Of a stretch of 64,000 nt of DNA, positions 27,564-38,094 are shown one piece after another. The stretch lies in assembly GCA_963674735.2 (NCBI GenBank), contig CAXXQS010000002.1:1280001-1344000 (forward strand), read 5' to 3'. Position numbers and translations under genes: made by a program. Under the pieces are notes generated by a model, which did not search any database, was not told where the DNA came from, and saw only the letters and a list, made by a program, of their open reading frames with translations. The DNA comes from Myxococcota bacterium (GTDB lineage: Bacteria > Myxococcota_A > SURF-8). Every line of letters starts with the position of its first letter. The first letter of the stretch is position 1.

Positions 27564-29339
27564 TTAGAACAGTCCCTTCACCTTGCCGGTTTCCACGTCT
27601 ACGTCCACGCGGCGGTAAGCCGGATTGGAACCGCTGCCCGGCATCAGGCTGATGGCGCCCGCCACCGGAACGATGAAGCCCGCGCCGTTGTAGGTGAGCA
27701 CGTCGCGGATGAACAGCGGCCAGTCTTTCGGCACGCCCTTGAGGGCGGGGTTGTCGGAAAGGCTGAGATGGGTTTTCACCATGCACATGCCGAGCTTGGC
27801 GACTTCCGGGTCGGCCTGGAATTTGGCCAGCTTGGCATTGGCTTCGGCGGAATATTCCACGCTTCCCGCGCCGTAGACTTCCTTGGCGATGAGATCGATA
27901 CGATCTTTGATCGGCAGGTCGAGGTCGTAGAGCAGGCGGAAATCGTTTTCTTCCTGGCAGGCGTCCACCACGGCATCGGCGAATTCCAACGCGCCGTCGC
28001 CGCCGTGCTCCCAATGGCGGGACAAGGCCACGCGCGCTCCGGCCGATTCGGCCATCTCGCGCACTTTCTTGATCTCGTTGTCGGTGTCGGTGTAGAAGGC
28101 GTTGATGCAAACCACCGGGTTGATGCCCGCTTTTTTGACGGTTTTGATATGGTGGATGAGGTTGGCGCAGCCCTTCTCGACCCACTCGACATTCTCGCCT
28201 TCGTATTCCTTGGGCATGGCTTTGCCCGGAACGGGGATGGGTGCGCCGCCGTGGCATTTGAGGGCGCGGATGGTGGCGACGACGACGGCCGCATTGGGCT
28301 TCAAGCCGCTGAAACGGCACTTTAAGTTCCAGAATTTCTCAAAACCGATATCCGCGCCGAAGCCCGATTCGGTTACGTGGTAATCGCCCAGTTTCAGGCC
28401 CACCTGGTCGGCGATGATGGAGCTCTGGCCGATGGCGATATTGGCGAAGGGACCGGCATGGACGAACACCGGCTGGCCTTCGAGGGTTTGCATCAGGTTG
28501 GGGTTGAGCGCTTCGGCCATCCAGGCGGTCATGGCTCCGGCCACTTCCAGATCTTCGGTGGTGACGGGGTTGCCCTTCTTGTCGTAGGCCACCACGATGC
28601 GGCCCATGCGCTCGCGCATGTCTTTCAGGCTGGTGGACACGGCCAGAATCGCCATGACTTCCGACGAGACGGCGATGCCGAATTTGCTGTTCATCATATA
28701 GCCGTCGAATTTGCCGCCGACGCCGGGGATCCCGATGATGATGTTACGCAGGCTCTGGGCGCAGAAATCGATGATCCAACCCAGTTCGACTTTGGTCGGG
28801 TCGATGTCGAGGCGACGCATGTTGGTCAGGCGCGCCAGTTGCTCGTCGTTGTAATTGCGTTCGTGCTGCATGCGCGACGTCATCGCGACCATGGCCAGAT
28901 TGTGGGCGTTCATGATGGCGTTGATGTCGCCGGTCAGGCCCAGCGAGAACGGCGTGAGCGGGATGCACTGCGAGCGTCCGCCGCCCGCGGCCGAACCTTT
29001 GATATTCATGGTGGGACCGCCGGACGGCTGGCGGATCGCGGCCGTGACGTTCACGTTGCGTTTTCCGAGTCCTTGAACGAGCCCCATGGTGGAGGTGGAT
29101 TTACCTTCGCCAAGCGGGGTGGGCGTGATGGCCGTTACATCGACATACTTGGCGTCGGGTTTGTCCTTGCGTGCTGCGAGGACTTTCCGGAAATCGACTT
29201 TGGCTACGTAGTGGCCGTGGGGCAGAATTTCGTCCTTGGTCAGGCCGAGCATTTCCGCGAGTTCGTCCACGGTTTTCATGCGCGCTTCCGCTTCTTCCGC
29301 AATCTCCCAATCGGCGTGCTTCGTCGGGTCCAGTGTCAT
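27564..29339 (-). CDS. fhs: Formate-tetrahydrofolate ligase
   Basis: [45 protein letters not shown] motifs. Confidence 0.98.
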   Translation of the reverse strand: MTLDPTKHADWEIAEEAEARMKTVDELAEMLGLTKDEILPHGHYVAKVDFRKVLAARKDKPDAKYVDVTAITPTPLGEGKSTSTMGLVQGLGKRNVNVTAAIRQPSGGPTMNIKGSAAGGGRSQCIPLTPFSLGLTGDINAIMNAHNLAMVAMTSRMQHERNYNDEQLARLTNMRRLDIDPTKVELGWIIDFCAQSLRNIIIGIPGVGGKFDGYMMNSKFGIAVSSEVMAILAVSTSLKDMRERMGRIVVAYDKKGNPVTTEDLEVAGAMTAWMAEALNPNLMQTLEGQPVFVHAGPFANIAIGQSSIIADQVGLKLGDYHVTESGFGADIGFEKFWNLKCRFSGLKPNAAVVVATIRALKCHGGAPIPVPGKAMPKEYEGENVEWVEKGCANLIHHIKTVKKAGINPVVCINAFYTDTDNEIKKVREMAESAGARVALSRHWEHGGDGALEFADAVVDACQEENDFRLLYDLDLPIKDRIDLIAKEVYGAGSVEYSAEANAKLAKFQADPEVAKLGMCMVKTHLSLSDNPALKGVPKDWPLFIRDVLTYNGAGFIVPVAGAISLMPGSGSNPAYRRVDVDVETGKVKGLF

Positions 29340-29658
29340 GGGGGTTCCTCCTTCGGCTTGGGACCGGGTTGCCCTCCGGCCGCATGATGATCGAAATCAC
29401 AATTTACCTAAAAGATACATCACCCAAATCAGAGTCGGATTCCTAAATGGTGGAACCCGGATCTTTATCACCCCTATGCACAAGCGGGTGTCATCGGAAC
29501 GGAGACAGTTCATCAAAAACTGGCAAACAGGCCGGAATGGCGCAGCTAGTTACCTGACCATCAAACCGACATTGCCAGTCTTTTCATATTGTTGGAAGGT
29601 AACATACTGCATCCCCGGCCGACTGTTCGAAATAAGATCGTCAGTCAAGCGCGAACAT

Positions 29659-29687
29659 ATTCTGCATCATGGCGTCGAGTGGGTCAA
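29659..29687 (-). promoter_or_regulatory. Candidate sigma70 promoter for fhs, implying a leader of about 310 nt
   Basis: TTGACC-17bp-CAGAAT on the minus strand. Confidence 0.35.
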
Positions 29688-29896
29688 GTGATTTGCTGGG
29701 AAATCGTGACACGGGCTTGACGCAAGGCGGCAGAAAATCAAGGATGTACTGCGTTATTGATAAGGATACGTATTTTATTTACTGATCGAGCGCAGGGAGC
29801 GAATTCGGCGCTTTTTCACCTTGTCGCAGGGGAAGAGCATACCGTATACTGTCGCACGCTGGTGCATGACTTGAATTTAGCGTCAAGGAGCCGAAC

Positions 29897-32377
29897 GTGG
29901 GGATTCTCCGCCTGATCCGACTGTCACTGGTCGTATGGTTGCTGTTGAGCGCCTCCGTCTTATGGGCGGAGGAAGGACGCGCCGGGGATTGTCTATCGCC
30001 CGCCGATACGCAATCCTGGTTTGTCTGGTTGCAAGCGCTCTCGGCTCAAGCGGATTTCGACGGGTTAGGCGAACCCGGTTTGGTGGTGAGTCCGGATCAT
30101 GCCGAAGCCTATTTCGGACCCGGTCGCAAAGCCCCGGCCCTCAGCATCTATCCACGCCGCTCCGGCGATACTTGCGATCTTGTCGGCAAACATAGCTGTA
30201 TCCGTTTCGGCGAGCTATCGCCCCGCTACCGGGCTGTGTTTCGTGCCGCTGTAGCGCTTACGCCGCCGCCCGATGCCTGGAGCGTCTGCGGCCAGCCCGA
30301 CGAGGTGAACGCGCGTATTTTCAAAACTCTCGAACCCCAAAAGTGGTTTTGCGTGTCGTTTGTCGGCCATGGCGTGTTGCTGATCTGGCTTGTCCTGGCG
30401 CTGTGGCGTTGGCGGCGTGAGCAGGTGACGCTACGCTGGGAACCTTCCATGCGCTGGCTGATGGTCGCGGCGACGGCCCTGATGCTGGCCTTGCAAGTGA
30501 TCTCCCTGACGGGGTTTCAGCACTTCAACATGGATAGCGGGCGCAACTTGACCGCCGGGCTGCTTTGGTTGCACGGGATCGAATGTCCGTTTCGCGGACC
30601 GGAGATTTTCAGCGGCAGTGTACATGTGGGACCGCTTTACTACATCTTGACGGGTTTGGTGGCCCTGGTCGACGATGCCCCGCAACTCTTTTTCCTTGTT
30701 CCCGCCTTGGCGCAACTTGTGACGTTGTGGTTGGGCATGGCCTTTATGCGGCGTGCATTCGGGTTTGTCGGAGCGGCGGCTTTCGCCCTCTTATGGGGTG
30801 GATCGGCCTTTTTGATTACGCATTTGACCATCTACACCCATGACTACTTGACTTTCCCTTTGTGGATTTTGGTCGTCTGGGTCACCCACGACATGGTCAA
30901 ACGCGGAGACGGGCGGCTATTCCCGCTGGCTGTGTTACTGACGGCGCTGGGGCTGGAGTTGTACAGCATTTACGCCTTGGTGCTGGTTTCGCTTCCGTTG
31001 ATTGTGTGGCTGGGGCGCGTGCGTCCGGGTTTAAAGAGCTGGTTTTTGGCTGGATTGGCGTTTCTGTTGGCCCATATTTACACTCCCGTCATTCTATTCA
31101 TCGACGGCTGGCAGGGAACGGATGCGCCGTTTAGTATCGGACGACCCGTATTTGGTGTGCCGTTTAGTCAATTTCTACGCGGGATGCAAGTCGCAATGGC
31201 GGGTTTGGCCGGACAGCCGTTGTGGTTGTCGACTCCCTTGGTCCTGGTCGCCCTGGCGGCGGCCGCTTATTTCGTTGTCAAGCCGCGTCCGTTCGATCCG
31301 CCCGCCCGGCGGCAGGCGCGTATGATTCTGTGGGTTTTCTTTCTCCCCATCGTCATCGTAACCGCTTCGTTGTGGTTCGTATTCGTCGATCGCTACCATG
31401 TGGTGATGTTGCCCTTTGCCCAGTTATTGATTGCCGGGGGAGCGGCCGATCTTTTACGGGGACGAAAGAACGGCGAGGCTGCCTCACGTGAAATGGGTTG
31501 GGTGGCGCTTCTGGTTTTCGTCATTATGGCGCTTCTGGTGGTTCGGGCGGAACAAGCTGATCTGCGCATGCTTCCCTCCGCTTTTTCATTACACGATCAG
31601 CAAGCCTTGGCGACGGTTCTGAAACGCCAAGGCGTCGTGACGCCGATGGATTTTCGGCGGCGTGTGCATGCCGTCGCGCTGCAAACGGAAGATTGCGGTT
31701 TCGCGGGGTTGCTTCTGGTCGATCCGGCTCGATCCGATCCCGATGCCGATCCGGCCCGGCAGTTCTGGCTGACCGAAGAGCCGTTGCCGGCATTGGCGCC
31801 GGATGCGACCCTGTATCCGACGGCTTCCACGGATCGACCGTACCGGCTTGTAGGCTATGAAAGCCGGCTCGCGCTCGATCAGATGACGGTGGCGGCCGGT
31901 CCGGATATGTCGGAACGTGTTCCTTTCTACAAGGTTTTCCAGCCTTGGGGCATCCTCAACCAGTCGCGTTCGATCCTCATGCTACATGGCCTGGAATGGG
32001 GGACCAGTGATTTCAAGGTTCGGGAGTTGGCGGAGCTGGCCACCCGCATTCGGGTGGAGATTCCTTTACGGGCTCCCCTGGACCGCCCTTTGCGCGTGAT
32101 AACCAGCAAGGGGTGCACGCTCCGGCTGTTTGCCGGAGGACGATCCATCGAAGGGGAAAGCGGTTGGCCAGGGTTGACGGGAACTCATCAGCCCAGGATA
32201 AGCAGCTATCCGCCGGTGGGAGCGGTTGAACGGTTGATTTTCGAGATCGATACCCAGGGCTGCAATCTCGACGTTTTCGATGTTTTCGACCTGCCCGTCG
32301 GGCCCGATTTCGAGGTTGGAGAGGAAGGCGAAGCGGAGAGCGCGGGCGGTCTCTTCAATGGACAGCCGCGAAAATAG
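29897..32377 (+). CDS. Polytopic membrane protein, GT-C (ArnT/PMT-like) glycosyltransferase
   Basis: More than ten hydrophobic segments; D in the first loop (NMDSGR), HVGPLYYIL, DRYHVVMLP motifs; soluble N- and C-terminal domains. Confidence 0.65.
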   Translation: MGILRLIRLSLVVWLLLSASVLWAEEGRAGDCLSPADTQSWFVWLQALSAQADFDGLGEPGLVVSPDHAEAYFGPGRKAPALSIYPRRSGDTCDLVGKHSCIRFGELSPRYRAVFRAAVALTPPPDAWSVCGQPDEVNARIFKTLEPQKWFCVSFVGHGVLLIWLVLALWRWRREQVTLRWEPSMRWLMVAATALMLALQVISLTGFQHFNMDSGRNLTAGLLWLHGIECPFRGPEIFSGSVHVGPLYYILTGLVALVDDAPQLFFLVPALAQLVTLWLGMAFMRRAFGFVGAAAFALLWGGSAFLITHLTIYTHDYLTFPLWILVVWVTHDMVKRGDGRLFPLAVLLTALGLELYSIYALVLVSLPLIVWLGRVRPGLKSWFLAGLAFLLAHIYTPVILFIDGWQGTDAPFSIGRPVFGVPFSQFLRGMQVAMAGLAGQPLWLSTPLVLVALAAAAYFVVKPRPFDPPARRQARMILWVFFLPIVIVTASLWFVFVDRYHVVMLPFAQLLIAGGAADLLRGRKNGEAASREMGWVALLVFVIMALLVVRAEQADLRMLPSAFSLHDQQALATVLKRQGVVTPMDFRRRVHAVALQTEDCGFAGLLLVDPARSDPDADPARQFWLTEEPLPALAPDATLYPTASTDRPYRLVGYESRLALDQMTVAAGPDMSERVPFYKVFQPWGILNQSRSILMLHGLEWGTSDFKVRELAELATRIRVEIPLRAPLDRPLRVITSKGCTLRLFAGGRSIEGESGWPGLTGTHQPRISSYPPVGAVERLIFEIDTQGCNLDVFDVFDLPVGPDFEVGEEGEAESAGGLFNGQPRK

Positions 32378-32461
32378 TTGCAGTTTTTCCGCTAGTGTTT
32401 AAAATAAGGGCACTGTGGTAAAAGCGGAATGACTCGCCGCGTTACAAGTATACATGGAGGC

Positions 32462-35287
32462 ATGATGAAACGGTTCAGCTTGGCGCTGCTCGTGGGTGTC
32501 CTTGTTTTAGTGTTGGGTTGCTCGGAAGACGACAGCGTCTCGACCATTGCCTGTTCCAGCAATCTCGATTGTCCGGTCGATCAGACCTGTGTGAGCGGGG
32601 TTTGTAAAGACAAGCCCGATTTCAACCCTAGCGATGGCGATATTCCGTCCGATGGCGATGACCCCACTGACGGGGATGAACCTTTCACGGGAGAATGTCG
32701 CGAGGATGCGGATTGCGATCCGGGTTACGTTTGCGACGACAATTTTTGTCTTCCCGAAGGTTTGACCGACGGCGACCTCGATGGCGTCGACCCGGATGGC
32801 GACGACCCGGACGGGGACGATCCGGATGGCGATGATCCCGATGGCGACGGAGAGGATCCGGACGGCGATCTCGAAGGCAAGGAATCGGATGTGCCCGTGG
32901 GACAGCCCTGCGTGGAAAATTCCGATTGCAACGATGGTCTGTTCTGCAACGGTATCGAGCTGTGCGGCGACGATAACCGTTGCATCGTCGGCGATTCACC
33001 CTGCGACGATGACATCGCGTGCACCGACGATAGTTGCGATGAGGCCAACAACCAGTGCGAGCGCATCGCCAACCATCAGCGTTGCGACGACCGCGATCCC
33101 TGCAACGGTCCGGAATATTGCGACCAGGTGCTCGGCTGCCAGGCGGGCGTCCCGCTCAATTGCGACGACGAAATCGCCTGTACGGATGATAGCTGTGAAG
33201 AGGGGGTGGGCTGCAAAAACCTGCCCGTCGACGCCAACTGCAGCGATGGTCTGGATTGCACCGACGGCGTGTGCGACCTGGAAGCGGGCGGTTGCGTGTT
33301 CGTGGCTCACGACGAGCGCTGCGGCGATACGGTGGGTTGTACGGATGACCGCTGCGACCTCAGCGAGGGCTGTGTACACGATCCCAACAACACTCTGTGC
33401 GATGATGGCATCGGCTGCACCACCAATCTCTGCCAGGCCGCTACCGGCTGTACCTATCCGCCGGATCACAGCCAATGCAGCGCCGCCGATCTCTGCGATC
33501 CCGATGGCTTCGGAGCCGACGCCGCTACCGGCTGTGCGCCGCGTCCCGAGTGTGCCAACGACGGCGAATGCGACGACGAAGACTACTGCAACGGCCCGGA
33601 GGCCTGCGTCAACGGCTTTTGCCAGCCCGGTGCTCCGATCAACTGCGACGATAGCGTCGCGTGTACGACGGATGTCTGCAACGAAGTGGCCGAAAGCTGC
33701 GACCATACGCCCGTCAATGCGTCCTGTTCCGACCAGAATGTGTGTAACGGAATTGAAACCTGCGTGGTGGGGGTCGGTTGTGCGCCGGGAACGCCGCTCA
33801 ATTGCAACGACAGCATCGAGTGTACCGAGGATAGCTGCGATCCGGTCCTGGGCTGTATCCATTCGGCGGTCAACGCCTATTGCGACGACAATATTGCGTG
33901 CACCCTCGATTCCTGCAACAAGACCACCGGTTGCATCAATGCACCCGACAACACCTTCTGCAACGACCACGTGCCGTGCACGGTCGATACCTGCAATGCC
34001 CAGACGGGTTGCGAATTTACTCCCAATCACGATTATTGCGATGACGACATCGATTGTACCAGCGAAACCTGTTCGCCTCAATTTAACTGTGACTACGTGA
34101 TGCACAACGACCAGTGCGACGATGGGATCGACTGCACGGACGACATCTGCGAGAATGGCGTCGGCTGCCGCTTCCAACCCGACGATACGGCCTGCACCGA
34201 TCCGCAGGTCTGCGATTTCGAGCTCGGCTGCGTCGATCCTCCCGACTGTGACGTCGATGCCGACTGCAACGACGGCGATCAGTGCAACGGAACGGAAAGC
34301 TGTGTCGACGGTTTGTGTCAGTCCGGTGTGCCGCTCGACTGCAACGACGGGGTTTTCTGTACCGTCGACTCCTGCAGCCCGGCCAACGGCTGTCTGCATG
34401 CGCCCGACCATCAGGTTTGCGACGACGACCAGGTCTGTACGTCCGATTTCTGCGATCTCACCTACGATTGTCAGCATGCAGTGACCAAGGATGACGACAA
34501 CGACTATCACATCGACGACGCCTGCACGGGCGGCAACGATTGTGACGATAACGATCCCGACGTTCATCCGGACAGGGTCGAAATCTGCGACAATGGCGTG
34601 GATGATGATTGCGACGGCAATACCGATCTGGTCGACGACGATTGCCGCCCCTGCGACGGCGAGTGTCCGGCGGGCAAGGATTGTTGCGACGGCCAGTGCG
34701 TCGATATTTTGTACAACAACACCCATTGCGGCGGCTGCGATCTTCCCTGCGGGACGGCCTGCTTCAAGGGCGAGTGCCTCCCGGCCGGTAAGTGCGCCAC
34801 GGCCCTCAAGAATCTCATCACTTCCAACGTGAGCTATAGCAACCGAAGCACCTGCGGGTTGGGCGATACCTATAATCCCACCGGCGGCTGCTCGGTCAGC
34901 GGAACCGGTCAGGATCAGATTTACGCCATCAAGCCCGTTGCGGGCAACCAGATGCAGGTTTCGATGTATCCGGACGGTGAAAGCGTGGAATACGAAGCGC
35001 TCTATTTCCTGACCGATTGCCGCGATATGAACAGCTGCTTCGACTCGCAGACCAGCGGCAACTGGAATGCACTCGAAATCGAATCGTCCACCGGTGACAT
35101 TTTCTTTGCCGTCACCGACTTCCGCCAGTCCCAGTGCGGCATTTACGATTTCAAGGTGGATTACGATTATGACGGTGACTGCCGTCAGGGCGGCCTGATT
35201 CCCTTCGGTGGTCGTTTCGGAGCGCTGGCCGGTTTCATCACGTGGTTGGGACTGGCGCTCATGATCTGGCGTCGTCGTCGCGCCTAG
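32462..35287 (+). CDS. Cys-rich repeat surface lipoprotein with DGD linkers and C-terminal TM/basic tail
   Basis: RBS GGAGG; lipobox VLGC; about 18 CDDxxxCTxDxC-type repeats; DCDDNDPDVHP..EICDNGVDDDCDG motif; C-term GDC..LAGFITWLGLALMIWRRRRA. Confidence 0.85.
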   Translation: MMKRFSLALLVGVLVLVLGCSEDDSVSTIACSSNLDCPVDQTCVSGVCKDKPDFNPSDGDIPSDGDDPTDGDEPFTGECREDADCDPGYVCDDNFCLPEGLTDGDLDGVDPDGDDPDGDDPDGDDPDGDGEDPDGDLEGKESDVPVGQPCVENSDCNDGLFCNGIELCGDDNRCIVGDSPCDDDIACTDDSCDEANNQCERIANHQRCDDRDPCNGPEYCDQVLGCQAGVPLNCDDEIACTDDSCEEGVGCKNLPVDANCSDGLDCTDGVCDLEAGGCVFVAHDERCGDTVGCTDDRCDLSEGCVHDPNNTLCDDGIGCTTNLCQAATGCTYPPDHSQCSAADLCDPDGFGADAATGCAPRPECANDGECDDEDYCNGPEACVNGFCQPGAPINCDDSVACTTDVCNEVAESCDHTPVNASCSDQNVCNGIETCVVGVGCAPGTPLNCNDSIECTEDSCDPVLGCIHSAVNAYCDDNIACTLDSCNKTTGCINAPDNTFCNDHVPCTVDTCNAQTGCEFTPNHDYCDDDIDCTSETCSPQFNCDYVMHNDQCDDGIDCTDDICENGVGCRFQPDDTACTDPQVCDFELGCVDPPDCDVDADCNDGDQCNGTESCVDGLCQSGVPLDCNDGVFCTVDSCSPANGCLHAPDHQVCDDDQVCTSDFCDLTYDCQHAVTKDDDNDYHIDDACTGGNDCDDNDPDVHPDRVEICDNGVDDDCDGNTDLVDDDCRPCDGECPAGKDCCDGQCVDILYNNTHCGGCDLPCGTACFKGECLPAGKCATALKNLITSNVSYSNRSTCGLGDTYNPTGGCSVSGTGQDQIYAIKPVAGNQMQVSMYPDGESVEYEALYFLTDCRDMNSCFDSQTSGNWNALEIESSTGDIFFAVTDFRQSQCGIYDFKVDYDYDGDCRQGGLIPFGGRFGALAGFITWLGLALMIWRRRRA
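32768..32869 (+). repeat. DGDDP-type (15-bp period) tandem repeat
   Basis: DGDLDGVDPDGDDPDGDDPDGDDPDGDGEDPDGD; three further DGDxxx units start at 32633. Confidence 0.85.
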
Positions 35288-35297
35288 GAAAATCCGG

Positions 35298-37154
35298 ATG
35301 TATTTTCGTATGACCGGGCTGCGGGGTATCATCCCCGCGGCCTTTTTACTGGCCTGTTTCCTGCTCGGCTGCGCGGGTCGCGGTCCCGGTGTGTGGCCAC
35401 CCGCCGCCGCTTATGCTCCCCGGGCCGAACGGATTCCCGCCGCGGAGGACTGGTGGCAGCGGGCTGCCGGAAGCCTTTTACAGAGTCCGCGTGCGCTGAA
35501 AGACTTGCATCGTGACGCCCGTCTGGCTCCGTTGGCGCGTGAGTTGGCCGAGATCCGACTGACACGCCGCTTGCCCGGCGAATCGCCCGAGCGTTTTCTC
35601 GATAGCCTATGCGCCCGAACCGGGGTGGCGGCCCGACCCGTCAGCGCTGATTGGCGTTTGTTCGACGGTCCGTTGGAGCCGCGTCGCGATCGGGCCACGG
35701 TCTGGTTGGCCGAGACGCTCCACCGCTTCCAATCCCAGGGTTACAGCCATGCCGCCGTTGCCCAGGCGATCGACGGCAAGGGAAATCTGGCGCTGGCGGT
35801 AACGGCCGTCTGGCGCAGTGTGACGCTGACCCGCCCCTTGCCGCGCCGGGTGGAACGAGGCGGGCGGCTGGTATTCGAATCCGTGATCGGGGATGAGGCC
35901 GGGCTGGCCTATCTGATGGCGCAGGCGCCCAATGGGCGGATGGTCGAATTGGCTTTTCCGTATTGGGCTGGGGATTTGCATTTCGCTCTGACACTCGCCT
36001 TTCGGGGTGATTACCGTTTCGAATTGCTGGTGCCGGAACTGGATGGAGGGCGTCGCACGGTTTTGCGTTTCGATGTGGCGGTTGGGCAGTCGGCCCGACA
36101 AAACCCCGTGGTCGCATTGGCCGAGGTGTCGCCGCGCGATTTCGTACGGACCATGGAAAACGCTATTGCCGTACAACGGCGACGCATGGGGAAAGCGGTC
36201 TTGCCGCGGTTGGTGAAGAGCATCGATGCGCTCGGAGTCTGGGTGGGACGCGAGGCCGAAGGGCTGTCCCCGACGATGACGGCTTTCCAACGCACGGTGA
36301 CCTTAAGCGACTACCCTGGCTGGGAGTGTCGGTATTTCAGCACCTATACCGATGATCTCAATGCTTTGGCTGCAGCCAACCTGCTGCGCCCCGCCTATCG
36401 GAGCCTTGCGGTGGCTCGGCGCGCCAAAGGCTATGCCGCCCATGTCTCACCGGTTGGAAGCGGCTATCGTGTGGGGGAGTTGATCTGTGCTTCACCCGCC
36501 GCACCCGCTCGTCCGCTTCTGGATTTATCGCGCTACAGCGAGCGTTATCGCCTGATCGATCATCAACGCGAGGTACTGGCGCGCACATTGGGTCTCGAAG
36601 TCGAAGAGGACGCCGCGACGGCGTTGGCGCGGCTGGAATGGAGCGCCGCGCTCGAAACCATGGATCGTCACGGCGGTCTGCCCGGTATTTTGTTGCAGAG
36701 TCTGCGTGTCGGGCAACAGGAAGACCCGAACTACACGGAGTTCAAGCGTGTGGAATTGGACGAAGCATTCGCCACGTTGTGGCATGCGGCGGCCGTGATG
36801 GAGAGCCGTCTGCCCGTCGGCGACGCCCGCCGCGGAGCGTCCCGCCTGCCGGTGCTGGAGGCGCTGTTGCATCAAGGGCGACCCGAGGCCTATCGCCATG
36901 AGTTGGAACGTGTAAGCACGACCGGTCCGCGATCAGGCTGGGCCGTCACCCGTGTGGCTTTGGGACAGGCTTGGCTGGCGGCCTATCTGGGCGACCCCAA
37001 ACGTGCACTCGAACACCTGCTGGTGGCGATCAAAGGCTACGAAATGCTGCACTACGACCACCTGTTGAAAAAACTGGCCTTGCAGATGGTGTTGCTGGCC
37101 AAACTGGCGCAGGCCAAAGAAGGATCCGACCTCTTGCCGGAAGGGCTTCGCTGA
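35298..37154 (+). CDS. Hypothetical lipoprotein
   Basis: Lipobox LLGC; long ORF 10 nt downstream of the Cys-rich gene; helical C-terminus. Confidence 0.65.
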   Translation: MYFRMTGLRGIIPAAFLLACFLLGCAGRGPGVWPPAAAYAPRAERIPAAEDWWQRAAGSLLQSPRALKDLHRDARLAPLARELAEIRLTRRLPGESPERFLDSLCARTGVAARPVSADWRLFDGPLEPRRDRATVWLAETLHRFQSQGYSHAAVAQAIDGKGNLALAVTAVWRSVTLTRPLPRRVERGGRLVFESVIGDEAGLAYLMAQAPNGRMVELAFPYWAGDLHFALTLAFRGDYRFELLVPELDGGRRTVLRFDVAVGQSARQNPVVALAEVSPRDFVRTMENAIAVQRRRMGKAVLPRLVKSIDALGVWVGREAEGLSPTMTAFQRTVTLSDYPGWECRYFSTYTDDLNALAAANLLRPAYRSLAVARRAKGYAAHVSPVGSGYRVGELICASPAAPARPLLDLSRYSERYRLIDHQREVLARTLGLEVEEDAATALARLEWSAALETMDRHGGLPGILLQSLRVGQQEDPNYTEFKRVELDEAFATLWHAAAVMESRLPVGDARRGASRLPVLEALLHQGRPEAYRHELERVSTTGPRSGWAVTRVALGQAWLAAYLGDPKRALEHLLVAIKGYEMLHYDHLLKKLALQMVLLAKLAQAKEGSDLLPEGLR

Positions 37155-37233
37155 CGCTTCAGTCATCGGGAATAAACGAATAATTTCGCTTGTTTGATTA
37201 AAGTAAGCATCGCTTCGGAAGCGCTTGGATCTG

Positions 37234-37262
37234 TTGACATCCGACCGGGTTCATGGTATAGA
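37234..37262 (+). promoter_or_regulatory. Sigma70 promoter of the tol-pal operon
   Basis: TTGACA-17bp-TATAGA with extended -10 TG. Confidence 0.65.
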
Positions 37263-37319
37263 TGTCCATCTTTCAGGCCGTACAATCCGGCAACGGGTGA
37301 GCAATAAGGAGGATGGGGT

Positions 37320-38057
<738 letters not shown>

Positions 38058-38094
38058 GCCGTCTAGCCGAAACGAGCGACCGGGTAGGTGTACG

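Noticed and set aside
29515-29584. ZTP (pfl) riboswitch or SRP RNA
   Set aside because: Lacks the GGGGAGC and CGCCTGGGC elements of ZTP and the GGAAGGAAGCAG loop of SRP; kept only as an unclassified hairpin
32996-35332. 778-aa antisense ORF, with the 439-aa alternative-frame ORF 32781-34100
   Set aside because: Shadow frames produced by the GAC/TGC codon bias of the Cys/Asp-rich gene; no recognisable protein features
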